Part shown: positions 40,501 through 49,793 of the stretch, in pieces
Position numbering within the stretch: the stretch's first letter is position 1
How the letters are laid out: every line of letters starts with the position of its first letter
DNA from: an uncultured cyanobacterium
GTDB taxonomy: Bacteria; Cyanobacteriota; Cyanobacteriia; PCC-9006; JAAUQQ01
Direction: 5' to 3'
Assembly: GCA_963718615.1 (NCBI GenBank)
Contig: OY970368.1
Span: 1,920,001-1,984,000 of the forward strand
DNA length: 64,000 bases
The notes under the pieces: generated by a model
What the model saw: the letters and a program-made list of their open reading frames with translations, nothing else
Told to the model about the DNA's origin: nothing
The model's database searches: none
Program-made: the position numbers and the translations under genes

Positions 40501-41383
40501 TCGACTCTCTTAGTGCTTGAGAAATAGTGAGTGCATTTTTTGCTTTTAAAAGGTATTCGTCGAAGTATTCTGGTTGATTAAGTTCTTCTACCCAAGAGGC
40601 ATAAATCATAAATTCTGAAAAAAGAGCTATGGACTCATTCTCTTTTTCCTCAGATGCTTTCGCCGCTTCTCGCATTTTGGGCATAATAGCTATGGCTTCT
40701 TCATATCGCCCAGATTCTCTCAAAGCATCAACTAAGTCATCATAAGTATTGAATATTGTGTCATAAATATTTTTAGCATCTTCAGGTATCCTAGTAAGGA
40801 CTTGCTCTTGAAGTGATAGAGACTGTCGATAAACTTCGATTGCTTGTGAGTATTGCTGTTGGGCTTGAAATGAGTTGCCTATTATTCGCAGACTTGAAAT
40901 AATCCAAGACCAATTATCAATTTCCTTAAAAACTGTCAGTGCCTGTTGCGCGTGACTCAGAGAGTTGTCAAAATCCCTCTGACCAAAATAAGTGAGAGAA
41001 AGATGCATCAGAAGGGTACCTTCTTCTTCACGATCGCCCAATTCCCTCCTAATCACAAGCGCCTGCTGATAAAAATCCAACGCTTTTTCGCTCTCCTTTA
41101 GCCCAGCATAAACATCACCAATTGCTTGGAGAGAGGTAGCTTGCCCAGAGCGATCGCCCACCCGCCGAAAAATCCCCAAAGCCTGCCCAAACGTTTCTAA
41201 CGCATCCTGCCACTTCCCTTGCAGCCGTAACTCTTCCCCGGCCTGGTTCAACCGAATCGCCTTCTCTCGCTGCCCCTCTGCCGTTTGTGCCAGCGCGATT
41301 GCCTCCGGCAACCCCAACCCCGTCACGCTAAGCCCCAAGCAAGTCAAACCCAACAGTCCTCCAATCCCTAATTGAGCCTTCAT
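37523..41383 (-). CDS. Exported TPR-CHAT (caspase-like) protease #1
   Basis: Signal peptide ending ALAQ, ~40-aa TPR repeats, catalytic HLATHG and LSACETG, C-terminal PYYWAPFILIGNGL. Confidence 0.92.
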   Translation of the reverse strand: MKAQLGIGGLLGLTCLGLSVTGLGLPEAIALAQTAEGQREKAIRLNQAGEELRLQGKWQDALETFGQALGIFRRVGDRSGQATSLQAIGDVYAGLKESEKALDFYQQALVIRRELGDREEEGTLLMHLSLTYFGQRDFDNSLSHAQQALTVFKEIDNWSWIISSLRIIGNSFQAQQQYSQAIEVYRQSLSLQEQVLTRIPEDAKNIYDTIFNTYDDLVDALRESGRYEEAIAIMPKMREAAKASEEKENESIALFSEFMIYASWVEELNQPEYFDEYLLKAKNALTISQALRESNINSGQNYSKDFQVVVDLAEMVLFQGIANIYEFRGEYVKGLDFLNKQLESYHAKTSDFYKAFVLIRIASIYENQGNYTKSLSVYEQALLIDSEEPKEIILNNIAKIWSVQGQYDNALSVFQEILASSQKTYNQLAKGPTPENLRLLHCDLGIDTPPEIFDCGEEFQAFLKPTKGSIDAIQRMSNSVHGAIGSILNNIGSIYGAQGEQAKSESFYRQALAIHNEYQDREGQATVYVNLGVLYSEQGDYATALQYVQQAEELFKTVGDQQQIIQSAGQTAGVYLKLGQFQRALDKYEQALSLARKLKAQGLEAELMTVIAKVYIAQGKTTDALTYYQQALTITQTNGALSREGNILSGIGQVYLAQSQPEKALDFFQQALAVDQKLSAKRDIAYTQSFIGQAQTQLNQTADAQTTLQQSLALAQEVGDRPTQAQTLAHLGALQIQQQQPELAIVFYKQAINTYENIRGNLTRLEREIQESYTNSISDTYRTLADLLLQQDRILEAQQVLDLLKVQELEDYLKNTRGTTNDPLIILKPEQEILDRYNELQKTAIQIGQELTQLRHLKTQQPLSPQQENRLAQLVALEKDLNHQFNTFIDSDPIQTLLNQVSRKTSRQIVPLEDLNNLRDNLRNTKAVLISPLILPDRLELIITTPNSPPLRRTVNNFDAQKLRETVTQYRSALQSPNNIKETKRLAQQLYTWLLKPLEADLEAANPDTLIYAPDGILRYIPLAALYDGNQWIAERYRTNNIVAQSLTELDTAPQTAPRILAGAWGNQSRSIQVGNQDFRFGGIPFTLNEVDSLAQLFPTKVLREQTFDRKNLMPELNNFSIIHLATHGKFVVGDANNSFLALGSGETIPLPEIKDLTMTDVELVVLSACETGIGGSFGEGEEILGLGYQFQRAGAKAALASLWQVDDGGTQLLMDAFYAALQKGMTKAQALQEAQKALISSNYTTVGLKRAGIEVVSTKTGSAMTDEQLSNPYYWAPFILIGNGL
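39017..39507. repeat. ~490-bp near-identical direct repeat, copy 1 (copy 2 at 43731-44221)
   Basis: Matches 43731-44221 at a constant offset of 4714 with few substitutions; encodes the last TPRs and linker of both CHAT proteins. Confidence 0.9.
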
Positions 41384-41418
41384 CGCTATCACCCCTGTTG
41401 ATTATGGTTTACAACATC

Positions 41419-41447
41419 TATACGGTGTAACCCTAGCTAGCTATGCA
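41419..41447 (-). promoter_or_regulatory. Candidate alternative-sigma promoter TGCATA-N17-CGTATA
   Basis: About 35 nt upstream of the TPR-CHAT #1 start; the motif recurs across the island. Confidence 0.65.
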
Positions 41448-41473
41448 ATCTGGAAAGATAGAAGAGTCTGTAT

Positions 41474-41971
41474 TTAGGACAAATTCTCCTCATCCACAAG
41501 CTCCAAAACTCGCTGATATAGCTCTGTTGCTATCCAAAAACCAGCTTGATGGACTAACGCATCCAGCAAGGGTTTTACTTTTACAATAAGTCCTCGATTC
41601 TTTGCCTCAACCAATACCCCCAAAATGCCTGTAAAGCGAAGGTTCAATCGAGCTGCGACCAGGCGTCCCCGATGCTCATCCATCAAGAGTTGCTCAGCCT
41701 GAACTTCGACGGCCAAGGCGATCGCTTCTGCTTCTCCCAGATCCAACTCATGACTCAACACGTTAACCAAAGTGCGATCTTTGACGGAATGAGTTGTAAT
41801 CCAGTCAAACGTTTGCACTTCTACTGACCCTGCCACTGGAAAATTTGGGTTGGTTAATTCTCGATAAACAGCCTCAGGAATCAGAATTGTTCCATAGAGA
41901 TCTCGCAAAAGATATAGGTGAGCAATTGCCGCTAAGTTATTAATGGGGGATGTATCACTAACTACAATCAC
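41474..41971 (-). CDS. PIN-domain toxin (DUF3368-like)
   Basis: MIVVSDTSP, IPEAVYREL, LDLGEAEAI, LMDEHRGR, GILGVL. Confidence 0.88.
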   Translation of the reverse strand: MIVVSDTSPINNLAAIAHLYLLRDLYGTILIPEAVYRELTNPNFPVAGSVEVQTFDWITTHSVKDRTLVNVLSHELDLGEAEAIALAVEVQAEQLLMDEHRGRLVAARLNLRFTGILGVLVEAKNRGLIVKVKPLLDALVHQAGFWIATELYQRVLELVDEENLS

Positions 41972-42213
41972 AATCGACCCATCTCTCGCAAATTATTCAA
42001 ATCCTGTTCAAAATCTTCAACTCCGTAGTGAATCGGGATCTGACGACTGGCTAGCAGGTGCTGAAACATCACACGATGCATGCTGGCAAAGCGGCTAGCT
42101 TGGGCCAGCGTCAGCTTGTCTTTTTGAAATAGCATGACTGCGATCTCTTGACGCATTTCACTGGGAGTCATCCGAGCGACAGTCAGAATTTCGCTGGGAA
42201 TTAGAACACTCAT
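41968..42213 (-). CDS. UPF0175-family antitoxin-like protein
   Basis: 81 aa, IAVMLFQKDKLTLAQAS HTH-like segment; 4-nt overlap with the PIN gene. Confidence 0.85.
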   Translation of the reverse strand: MSVLIPSEILTVARMTPSEMRQEIAVMLFQKDKLTLAQASRFASMHRVMFQHLLASRQIPIHYGVEDFEQDLNNLREMGRL

Positions 42214-42263
42214 ATCTCACCTCCTGATCTATAACCTAGTCTAACGAAGTTTATGTCTAGCGC

Positions 42264-45200
42264 CTACAGCCCATTGCCAATCAAAATAAACGGAGCCCAA
42301 TGGAAAGGGTGTTTGGGATCAGTGCGTCCTGGAGTCGATCGCCCTGAGACAGAGGTTGGAACGATGGAGGCCCGGAACTTAGTCAAGCGAGTATTGCTAT
42401 CTTCGTTGTATAGTAAGCTAAGCTGAGCCTGCCGCAGAGCTTCGGCTTTAGTGAGTTCGCCGGAGGCCAGCAGCTCGTAGAAGCGTTGCATCAGTAGACT
42501 CGTGCTGTCGTCATTGACAGACCAAAGCGAGGCAATGACAGTTTTGGCACGACTGGCTTTGAGGAAATAGGAGCTCAGTCCTGCGATTTCTGTGCCGTCA
42601 TTGGCTTCACCTCCGAGGGCGGTTTGGCAGGCGGAGAGGACAACGAGATGGAGGTTGCTGAGACGCTCATGGAGGGTGTCGATTTCGGGGATTTTGAGAC
42701 GACTACCATCGCCCAGCACAATGTATGACTCCTGGGGTCGGCCCGGTGTAAAGGCTGCGTGGGTGGCGATGTGGAGAATGCGATGGCCAAGGAGGTTTTT
42801 CTCCAGTTGTTGGCGGGTGAAGTCTTGGTTGAGGTAGGTTTGGCCGGGGTAGATGCCGGTGGGGTCGTTGGGGGCTTGGCGGACGATGCGATCGAGTTCG
42901 TCTTCCACCGCAGGGAGAGGATCGAAGCCAGGGACCGCTTGGCTGAGGCCTAGGCCCAGAACATTGGCTTGGTTGACGGTGCCAAGGGTGTCTTCGGCAT
43001 CGGTGAGGCTGGGTGTGATGACGCTGGAGAGGGTATAGCGTTCGATCAGATACTGTTGGCCATTGAACAGGGCGGCCATGGGGATGTAGCGGGTGACGCG
43101 ATCGTTGACGAAGATCAGGTGTTTGGTTTTGCTCTGTTGCAGGGCGGATTCGAGGGGTTTGATCAGCCAGTCGTGGAGTTTTTGGCTGGTGGTTTGGAGG
43201 GCTTGGAGGTCGTTGCCGGATTGGAGTTGTTCGCGGAACTGTTGGACGGTTTTGGCTAATTCTGCTTGGGTGACGGAAACTTCGATGCTGCCCGCAGCGC
43301 CGGGGACGGCGTAGAGGAGCCAGAGTTTTTGGTCGGTGATGAAGGGATAGATTAAAACTGCATCTGGATTGGCTTTGAGCAGCTTTTCGGCTTCGCCGTT
43401 GAGGTTGTCGGGGTTTTGGAAGATGTCGTCGTCGTGGCGATTTTTGCGAACGTCGGTCTTGAAGGTTTCGACGCTTTGGGTGTACTGAGCCCTCAAGGTA
43501 CCCGACTGTGAAAACAATTGGTCTAACTCGCCACAGTTGGTTTGTTTGCATTCGGTGAGTTTTTTGCCAAAGTCAATGAGGTTGCCGTGGGCGTTGATGA
43601 CGGGTTGTTCGGCGTCGTTGTAGAGGAGTTCTGTGCCGGTCCAGGTGGCGCGGGTGTTGGTGAATTCGCGGAGTTCGGCGAGTTTGAGGAGGTCGAGGAC
43701 TTGTTGGGCTTCGCCGATGCGGCCTTGGCTGAGGAGGAGGTCGGCGAGGGTGCGGTAGGTGTCGGAGATGGAGTTGGTGTAGGATTCTTGGATTTCGCGT
43801 TCAAGGCGGGTGAGGTTGCCGCGAATGTTTTCGTAGGTGTTGATGGCTTGTTTGTAGAAGACGATCGCCAGTTCTGGCTGTTGTTGCTGAATTTGGAGGG
43901 CTCCGAGGTGGGCGAGGGTTTGGGCTTGGGTGGGTCGATCGCCGACTTCCTGGGCAAGGGCTAGGGATTGCTGCAAGGTGGTTTGGGCATCAGCGGTTTG
44001 GTTGAGTTGGGTTTGGGCTTGGCCGATGAGGCTTTGGGTGTGAGCCATTTCTCGTTTTGCGGAAAGTTTTTGGTCAACAGCGAGGGCTTGTTGGAAGAAG
44101 TCTAGGGCTTTTTCGGGTTGGGATTGGGCTAGGTAAACCTGGCCGATGCCGCTGAGAATGTTGCCTTCGCGGCTGAAGGCTCCGTTGGTTTGGGTGATGG
44201 TGAGGGCTTGTTGATAGTAGGCGAGGGCTTGCTGATAGTAGGATGGGTCTTTGGTGGTTTTGCCTTGGATGATATAGGCGCTTGCGATGGCAGTGATTAA
44301 CTCAGCTTCTAGTCCTTGCGCTTTTAATTTTCGAGCTAATGCGAGGGCTTGGTCATATTTATCTAGAGCGCGCTGAAACTGGCCTAGTTTGAGATAGACG
44401 GTGGCAGTTCCTCTTGCAGATTGGATAATTTCTTGTTGATCTCCAACTGTATCGAAGAGTTCTTCTGCTTGTTGACCATATTGAAGTGCAGTGGAATAAT
44501 CTCCTTGTTCAAAATAGCGTGCACTTAGATTGAGGTGTACAACTGCTTGGCCCGCAAGATCTTGATATTCATAATAAATTTTGAGGGCTTGTTGAGAGAA
44601 GCTTTCTGCTTTTACATACTCACCTTGAGCGCTGTAAATTGAACCAATATTATTTAAGTAAATTCCTATCGTTCGCTTAGCATAGTTTTGACCTTCTACA
44701 AGGAGCTTCTGAAGAAAGATTTTCTGAACTGTCTGATCTTCAGAATCTCCACAAAAAACTGAATAATCAGAAAGGTATTTTGAATATTCACTCTTCATTT
44801 CTTGACACCATAGCTTTATATTGCTTGAAATTAATCCTTTTTCAAAAAAATCGTACTCTTGTTGTTTATATTTAATTAATTCATGAAAGATAGACAAGGC
44901 TTTTTCATATTGGCCTTGCTTGTCGTAAATAAAGGCTATATTATTCTGTATGACCTGTGCGACTTCAAAGTGATTCGACTGAAGAGCGACTGATAGAGCT
45001 TGCTCGTAAATCAATAGAGATTGATGATAATCACCCTGATCCGAGTAGATTGCCCCGATCTGAGCAGAAGCCAGGAGTTTTTTTCCAAGAGATATCTTAT
45101 GCTGATACGTACTTAATGCATTGTTTACTAGACGCAATGATCTTTCATATTCTCCACGAAAACTGTAAATACTGGCAATTTCAAGTAATGTAGAAAACTC

Positions 45201-46451
45201 ATTTTCGACGTTTTCATCAGCCATCTTAGAGTCTATTTTGCGTAAACTTTGGGCAATATCTAGCATCTTTTGTGATTTTTCTAAAGATTGATCGTACTGT
45301 CCAAGTTGCCTCAGCCTAGTTGCCCATCCAAAGTAAATTGAGATTTCTAGATCAAGAACTTCATTCTCATCATTTTTGTTTCCAGAAGCTTTTGCTGCTT
45401 CTAGTATTTGAGGCAAAATTTCGACTGAATTTTCGTATCTATCGAGTAAGTTGTACACATTTATTAGGTGATAGCACGCAATAAAGATTGATCTATTTAC
45501 GAGGCGATTATAAATTAATTGTTCTTCTGTTGAGAGGCTGAAGAGAAATTTTCTATAAAATTCTAAGGCTTTTTGATCAGCTTCAATCGCTAACTCATAT
45601 TTTTGCTTTTGTTGATAGATTTCACCTAGTGCACTCCAAGCTGAAGCAACCTTCATGGGTCTATTAAGCTCTTGAAAGATTGCGAGAGCTTGCTGATAGT
45701 AATCAATCGCTTTGTCGTATTGCTCTAGTGCAGAGTAAGCCTCAGCCATACTGTCAAAGGAATTAGCAACCCCCATAGGTTGATTGAGTTCTTGAAAGAT
45801 TGTGAGAGCTTGCTGATAATAATCAATAGATTTGTCATATTGCTCTAGTGCAGAGTAAGCCTCAGCTCCACTAAAGAAAGAATTAGCAGCTTCAATAGGT
45901 TGATTGAGTTCTTGAAAAATCTCAAGAGCTTGCTGAAAGTAAGTAATAGCTTTGTCATATTGCCCTAACGCAACGTAAGTCTGAGCGATCTGATAGGAAA
46001 CATTAGCTTCCCATGAGCGCAATGGGGGCAAATTCAATTCTTGCGTAATCACAAGCCCCTGCTGATAAAACTCCAACGCTTGCCCATGCTCCCCCAAGTG
46101 AGAATAAACCCTACCTATTCCAAAAAGAGTCCCAGCTTCACCAGCCCGATTAGCTTTGCCAAGCTCCGAATCATCGCCCCCACCCCGCCGAAAAATCCCC
46201 AAAGCCCGCTCAAACCTCTCCCTCGCCTGCCGAAACACCTCCCCCGCCTCCTCAACCTTCCCCTGCCCCTGCAACTGCTCCCCCTGCTCCCGCAACTGCC
46301 CCCCCTCCTCAAGCAACCGCTTCCCAGCCTCCAGCCCCTCCGCCGCCGTCTGCGCCAGCACCCCCCTCTCCGGCACCCCCAACCCCGCCGTCACCCCCAA
46401 CCCCAAACAAGTCAACCCCAGCAACGCCCCAAATCCAGATTGCAACCTCAT
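42264..46451 (-). CDS. Exported TPR-CHAT protease #2
   Basis: Signal peptide ending VLAQ, TPR array, HIATHA and LSACQTA dyad, C-terminal HPFHWAPFILIGNGL. Confidence 0.92.
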   Translation of the reverse strand: MRLQSGFGALLGLTCLGLGVTAGLGVPERGVLAQTAAEGLEAGKRLLEEGGQLREQGEQLQGQGKVEEAGEVFRQARERFERALGIFRRGGGDDSELGKANRAGEAGTLFGIGRVYSHLGEHGQALEFYQQGLVITQELNLPPLRSWEANVSYQIAQTYVALGQYDKAITYFQQALEIFQELNQPIEAANSFFSGAEAYSALEQYDKSIDYYQQALTIFQELNQPMGVANSFDSMAEAYSALEQYDKAIDYYQQALAIFQELNRPMKVASAWSALGEIYQQKQKYELAIEADQKALEFYRKFLFSLSTEEQLIYNRLVNRSIFIACYHLINVYNLLDRYENSVEILPQILEAAKASGNKNDENEVLDLEISIYFGWATRLRQLGQYDQSLEKSQKMLDIAQSLRKIDSKMADENVENEFSTLLEIASIYSFRGEYERSLRLVNNALSTYQHKISLGKKLLASAQIGAIYSDQGDYHQSLLIYEQALSVALQSNHFEVAQVIQNNIAFIYDKQGQYEKALSIFHELIKYKQQEYDFFEKGLISSNIKLWCQEMKSEYSKYLSDYSVFCGDSEDQTVQKIFLQKLLVEGQNYAKRTIGIYLNNIGSIYSAQGEYVKAESFSQQALKIYYEYQDLAGQAVVHLNLSARYFEQGDYSTALQYGQQAEELFDTVGDQQEIIQSARGTATVYLKLGQFQRALDKYDQALALARKLKAQGLEAELITAIASAYIIQGKTTKDPSYYQQALAYYQQALTITQTNGAFSREGNILSGIGQVYLAQSQPEKALDFFQQALAVDQKLSAKREMAHTQSLIGQAQTQLNQTADAQTTLQQSLALAQEVGDRPTQAQTLAHLGALQIQQQQPELAIVFYKQAINTYENIRGNLTRLEREIQESYTNSISDTYRTLADLLLSQGRIGEAQQVLDLLKLAELREFTNTRATWTGTELLYNDAEQPVINAHGNLIDFGKKLTECKQTNCGELDQLFSQSGTLRAQYTQSVETFKTDVRKNRHDDDIFQNPDNLNGEAEKLLKANPDAVLIYPFITDQKLWLLYAVPGAAGSIEVSVTQAELAKTVQQFREQLQSGNDLQALQTTSQKLHDWLIKPLESALQQSKTKHLIFVNDRVTRYIPMAALFNGQQYLIERYTLSSVITPSLTDAEDTLGTVNQANVLGLGLSQAVPGFDPLPAVEDELDRIVRQAPNDPTGIYPGQTYLNQDFTRQQLEKNLLGHRILHIATHAAFTPGRPQESYIVLGDGSRLKIPEIDTLHERLSNLHLVVLSACQTALGGEANDGTEIAGLSSYFLKASRAKTVIASLWSVNDDSTSLLMQRFYELLASGELTKAEALRQAQLSLLYNEDSNTRLTKFRASIVPTSVSGRSTPGRTDPKHPFHWAPFILIGNGL
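43731..44221. repeat. ~490-bp near-identical direct repeat, copy 2
   Basis: Matches 39017-39507. Confidence 0.9.
45661..46020. repeat. Three 120-bp tandem units (recent TPR expansion)
   Basis: Units starting 45661, 45781 and 45901 share TTGAAA.AT...GAGAGCTTGCTGA...TTGTC.TATTGC...; each encodes a QY.KAI.YYQQAL.IFQELN.P-like repeat. Confidence 0.85.
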
Positions 46452-46484
46452 GTCGCTTCAGCCCCTATCGTGGTGTACAACATT

Positions 46485-46513
46485 TATACGAATTAGCCCC
46501 AGCCCGTTATGCA
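46485..46513 (-). promoter_or_regulatory. Candidate promoter TGCATA-N17-CGTATA
   Basis: Upstream of TPR-CHAT #2. Both boxes are identical to 41419-41447 while the spacer has diverged. Confidence 0.65.
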
Positions 46514-46699
46514 ATCCGGAAGCTTGATTTAGATTAACAAATCGCCTCCTTCAACCCTCTCCAATTCCCTCGATTTGCTCGTGATATTTTTGCTACCTAG
46601 ATAAAGCCTTGAAAATACTGAATTTAGCCTAAAAATCGATTTTTATCGTCCTTCGAAAAACTCAAAACGCACATCAAAATCCTCGTATTTTGTCGTTTT

Positions 46700-46728
46700 T
46701 GCATACCTAAATTGCTGATGAATAGATA
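46700..46728 (+). promoter_or_regulatory. Candidate promoter TGCATA-N17-TAGATA
   Basis: Upstream of the sigma-like gene; divergent partner of 46485-46513. Confidence 0.55.
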
Positions 46729-46858
46729 TATTTCTGTAATCGTATAAAGCTCATATTGTATAGAGATTATAGAGACTCCATTTCCCCCCTTCAAACCCTG
46801 TAGAATCGCTCTCAACCCGCATTCCTCAACCCTCATCCCCACCCTATCCCCGTTCGCC

Positions 46859-48244
46859 ATGTCAACCCATCACCAATACTGGACCCTGATCAGACTCGCG
46901 GCCAACGGCACAGGCCAGCCCCACGAACTCCCCCAAGCCAAAGCACTGCTCCGACAGCTCTGCCCCCAGGCCGAACCCGATGAAGACGTGGGCGATCGCT
47001 CCCTCCAGCGACAACTCCATGCAGCGCTCAAAGAAGCGCTTAAAACCGCCTGCTCAGACCCAGATAGCCCAGACCTCGGCCTCGCCTTCCATAGCCCCCC
47101 AAGTCAATGCTTCCGGTGCTATATCTCCCATCAAGCATTGAAAGTATGCCGAGATCTGGTGAAGCAATTTGGCGCAAACCACGGCTTCACCCTGACCGAT
47201 CTCCTGCCCATAGTGCTCAACGACGACGGCAAACCCCTCACGGGATCCTATCGACCCCTGAGCCATAAAATCCTGAGCAAATTCGATCCCCATAGCGCCA
47301 GCCTCAGCACCTGGGCCACCCGACTCATCCGCTCCAGCGAGGATTTAAACACATTTCTCAAAGAGCACGACATTCTGCTGATCAGCGACTGGGCCTTACT
47401 CAACAGTGCCAATCCAACAAAACTCACCAAAGCCCTGGGGGACTTTCATCTGCTCAGCGCCCCAGAAATCGAGCAATCCCAGCAGCTCCTAGCTGCCTAC
47501 CACCAAGTCTATCGGCAAGAGCGGATCCTGAAGGGCGATAAAGGCCGCTGCGAAGATCCCACCCCAGACCAATGCGAAGCCATTCGTCAGCACCTGCCAA
47601 ACCGCGCCATCACCGCCATAGAAGTTTTTCAGCAACTGCGCCGCTTGGCCAAGCGGCTACGGGACTATGATCTAGAGCGCTATCACGGGCAACCAGGAAA
47701 TACAGTTGAGTCCATTATTGAGACTCTTGCCCCTTCTCCTGCCCCAGAGGCCGAGCCAGAGGCGGATTTACCCTGGGCTCGGCTGACCGAAATTTATCAA
47801 GCTGAGTTTAACGCATGTCTCACCCAGGCCGTAAAGGACGTAATTGAGCAACGGCTACAGACGCTCAAGCCCCAGCAGCGGCAGAATTATCTGCAAGCCT
47901 TGCGATTCTTCTATTGTGAGGGACTCAAAATGGGTGAGATTGCACCTTGTATTGGTCTGGAAAAACAGTATCAGGTGACTCGGTTACTGAAACTGAAACC
48001 CTTTCGAGCGGAAATTCGCCATCGGGCGATCGCCTGCCTGCAACTCACGTTACGCCAACAGTTCACCGCATTACTGACTCCGGATCACCTTGTCCAACTC
48101 GATAACAATCTCGAACATCATCTGGGTCCGGAGATTGATGTCATCATTGAAACAGAGGTAAACCAGGCTCAAAACCGCAGACAGCATCGCACAAAATGCA
48201 ATCGTTTAGCCGAAGAAATTTGCCAAATTCTACATCATTTTTAG
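46859..48244 (+). CDS. Atypical sigma-70-like/HTH transcription regulator
   Basis: Region-2-like KFDPHSASLSTWATRLIR and C-terminal region-4-like HTH (LRFFYCEGLKMGEIAPCIGLEKQYQVTRLL); upstream of a DUF1822-like gene. Confidence 0.65.
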   Translation: MSTHHQYWTLIRLAANGTGQPHELPQAKALLRQLCPQAEPDEDVGDRSLQRQLHAALKEALKTACSDPDSPDLGLAFHSPPSQCFRCYISHQALKVCRDLVKQFGANHGFTLTDLLPIVLNDDGKPLTGSYRPLSHKILSKFDPHSASLSTWATRLIRSSEDLNTFLKEHDILLISDWALLNSANPTKLTKALGDFHLLSAPEIEQSQQLLAAYHQVYRQERILKGDKGRCEDPTPDQCEAIRQHLPNRAITAIEVFQQLRRLAKRLRDYDLERYHGQPGNTVESIIETLAPSPAPEAEPEADLPWARLTEIYQAEFNACLTQAVKDVIEQRLQTLKPQQRQNYLQALRFFYCEGLKMGEIAPCIGLEKQYQVTRLLKLKPFRAEIRHRAIACLQLTLRQQFTALLTPDHLVQLDNNLEHHLGPEIDVIIETEVNQAQNRRQHRTKCNRLAEEICQILHHF

Positions 48245-48474
48245 GAAAAAAACTAGGGAAAATTGATCTCAATCTAAAGCAAAATTAACCAGCTCAAGTT
48301 ACCTAATCCGAATTGATCCATCTCATAAAATTGTGATCTTAATCAATCTGTGATCCAGATCAAATGCTAATCCAACTCATTAGTGTTTAGATAACAAAAT
48401 CATCTGAGGATCAAAATTTCTAACCTGTTCACTCTTTCTAATCCATTCACGCTCACACTTCACCCTAGAAAATC

Positions 48475-49686
48475 ATGACTACCGATTCCTTTACCTTTGA
48501 GACCGACAACTTTGAGCTAGAGGGCCAAGCCATTTCTGCCGAAGCCATTTGGCTAAGGCCCGAACAAGTGGACCAAGCCCAAGCAGCGGCCAGACAAGTG
48601 CAAGACCCATCCAAACTCTGGAACGTTTACCTCAACAGTTTAGCCCGTCAGGCCTTCGAAATCTGGCTGAAAAAAAGACTCCCCCAGCACACCCCGAAAC
48701 GCTTAGAACCGATCGAATCCAGTCAAAACAGTTGGTCGTTGGATGTGAATGGGTTTCAAATTTGTCTTTTACCCCAGGGCAGTCAGCCGGATGAATTCAT
48801 TTTGATTCCTCAGGACAAAGTAGACAGCCCAACCCAAAACTCGACCCCAAGTCCAAACCAGGGGGTTCATTTTTTTGTCCTGGTGGCGATCGCCGAAGAA
48901 CAGGGATGTGTCGAAATTTGTGCGATCTTGCGCCATGACAAACTCATCCAAAACCGCGCTCTTCTCTCCCGAGACGAAGAAAACCATTATCAAGTTCCCT
49001 TCCATTGGTTTAATCCAGAACCCGAGGATTTGCTGCTGTATCTCCGTTGTGCTGAGCCCGCTGCCTTTAGCTTGGAACCAGTACCGAGCCAGCCAGATCC
49101 GAGCCAGCCAGATCTGATCCAGCCAAACCTGAGGGAAAAAGTTGTGAATACAGCCCTATGGTTAGAAGGAAAACTGGATGCGATCGCCCAAACCCTAGCC
49201 TGGACACTCCTCCCCGCGCCTCCCCTGGAATCAGCCTCAGCCTTTCGCAACCGTGCAGGGGGGATGCAAGAACTGCCCGAGGACTCCAACTATTACCGAT
49301 TGATTCGGGAATTGCGCGATCGCCATATTCCCATTCCAGCAACCGTCCGACCCGCCTATCAAGACTTTGCAATCGCCAAACAAAACGTTCGCCTCTATGC
49401 CCTGTCTTGGTCCCTCGAACTTCCGGAGGAGCAAATCGCAGAATGGATATTAGTGCTGATTGTAGGACCCACACCTGGGATTGCTTTCCCCAAGGATATT
49501 GGTTTGATTGTCGAAGATCAGAACCAGATTTTGCTCAATACTCAATTAGACGATCCAGAGCGAGATCAGTACCTGTTTGCAGAGGTAATTGGAGAGTTTG
49601 ATGAAGTTTTCCAGGTCAAACTCCAACTCAGCGATCAAGTCTTGCCTGTGGTTCCAGCCTTTACGTTTCAGCCCCATCATTCCTGA
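48475..49686 (+). CDS. DUF1822-family protein (candidate anti-sigma)
   Basis: Acidic protein with W.VYLNSLA..AF..WL, PEDLLLYLRCAEP, VNTALWL and a C-terminal beta-rich domain (EW.LVLIVGP...YLFAEVIGE.DE.F). Confidence 0.75.
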   Translation: MTTDSFTFETDNFELEGQAISAEAIWLRPEQVDQAQAAARQVQDPSKLWNVYLNSLARQAFEIWLKKRLPQHTPKRLEPIESSQNSWSLDVNGFQICLLPQGSQPDEFILIPQDKVDSPTQNSTPSPNQGVHFFVLVAIAEEQGCVEICAILRHDKLIQNRALLSRDEENHYQVPFHWFNPEPEDLLLYLRCAEPAAFSLEPVPSQPDPSQPDLIQPNLREKVVNTALWLEGKLDAIAQTLAWTLLPAPPLESASAFRNRAGGMQELPEDSNYYRLIRELRDRHIPIPATVRPAYQDFAIAKQNVRLYALSWSLELPEEQIAEWILVLIVGPTPGIAFPKDIGLIVEDQNQILLNTQLDDPERDQYLFAEVIGEFDEVFQVKLQLSDQVLPVVPAFTFQPHHS

Positions 49687-49724
49687 ATTGTAGCCTGAGT
49701 CGCAGCCTAAATTACACCCTGAAT

Positions 49725-49753
49725 TGCATAGGCGGAGTGCCTTCTAAAAGACA
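49725..49753 (+). promoter_or_regulatory. Candidate promoter TGCATA-N17-AAGACA
   Basis: 40 nt upstream of the CHAT-CHASE2 ATG; weaker -10-like box. Confidence 0.45.
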
Positions 49754-49793
49754 TATTCAGGTATCCCTGATTCCTTTGCATCTTTCATTTCCT

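Noticed and set aside
38000-44000. Long shadow ORFs within the CHAT genes (e.g. 42703-43551, 38459-38914)
   Set aside because: Low-complexity products of skewed codon usage overlapping clear genes.
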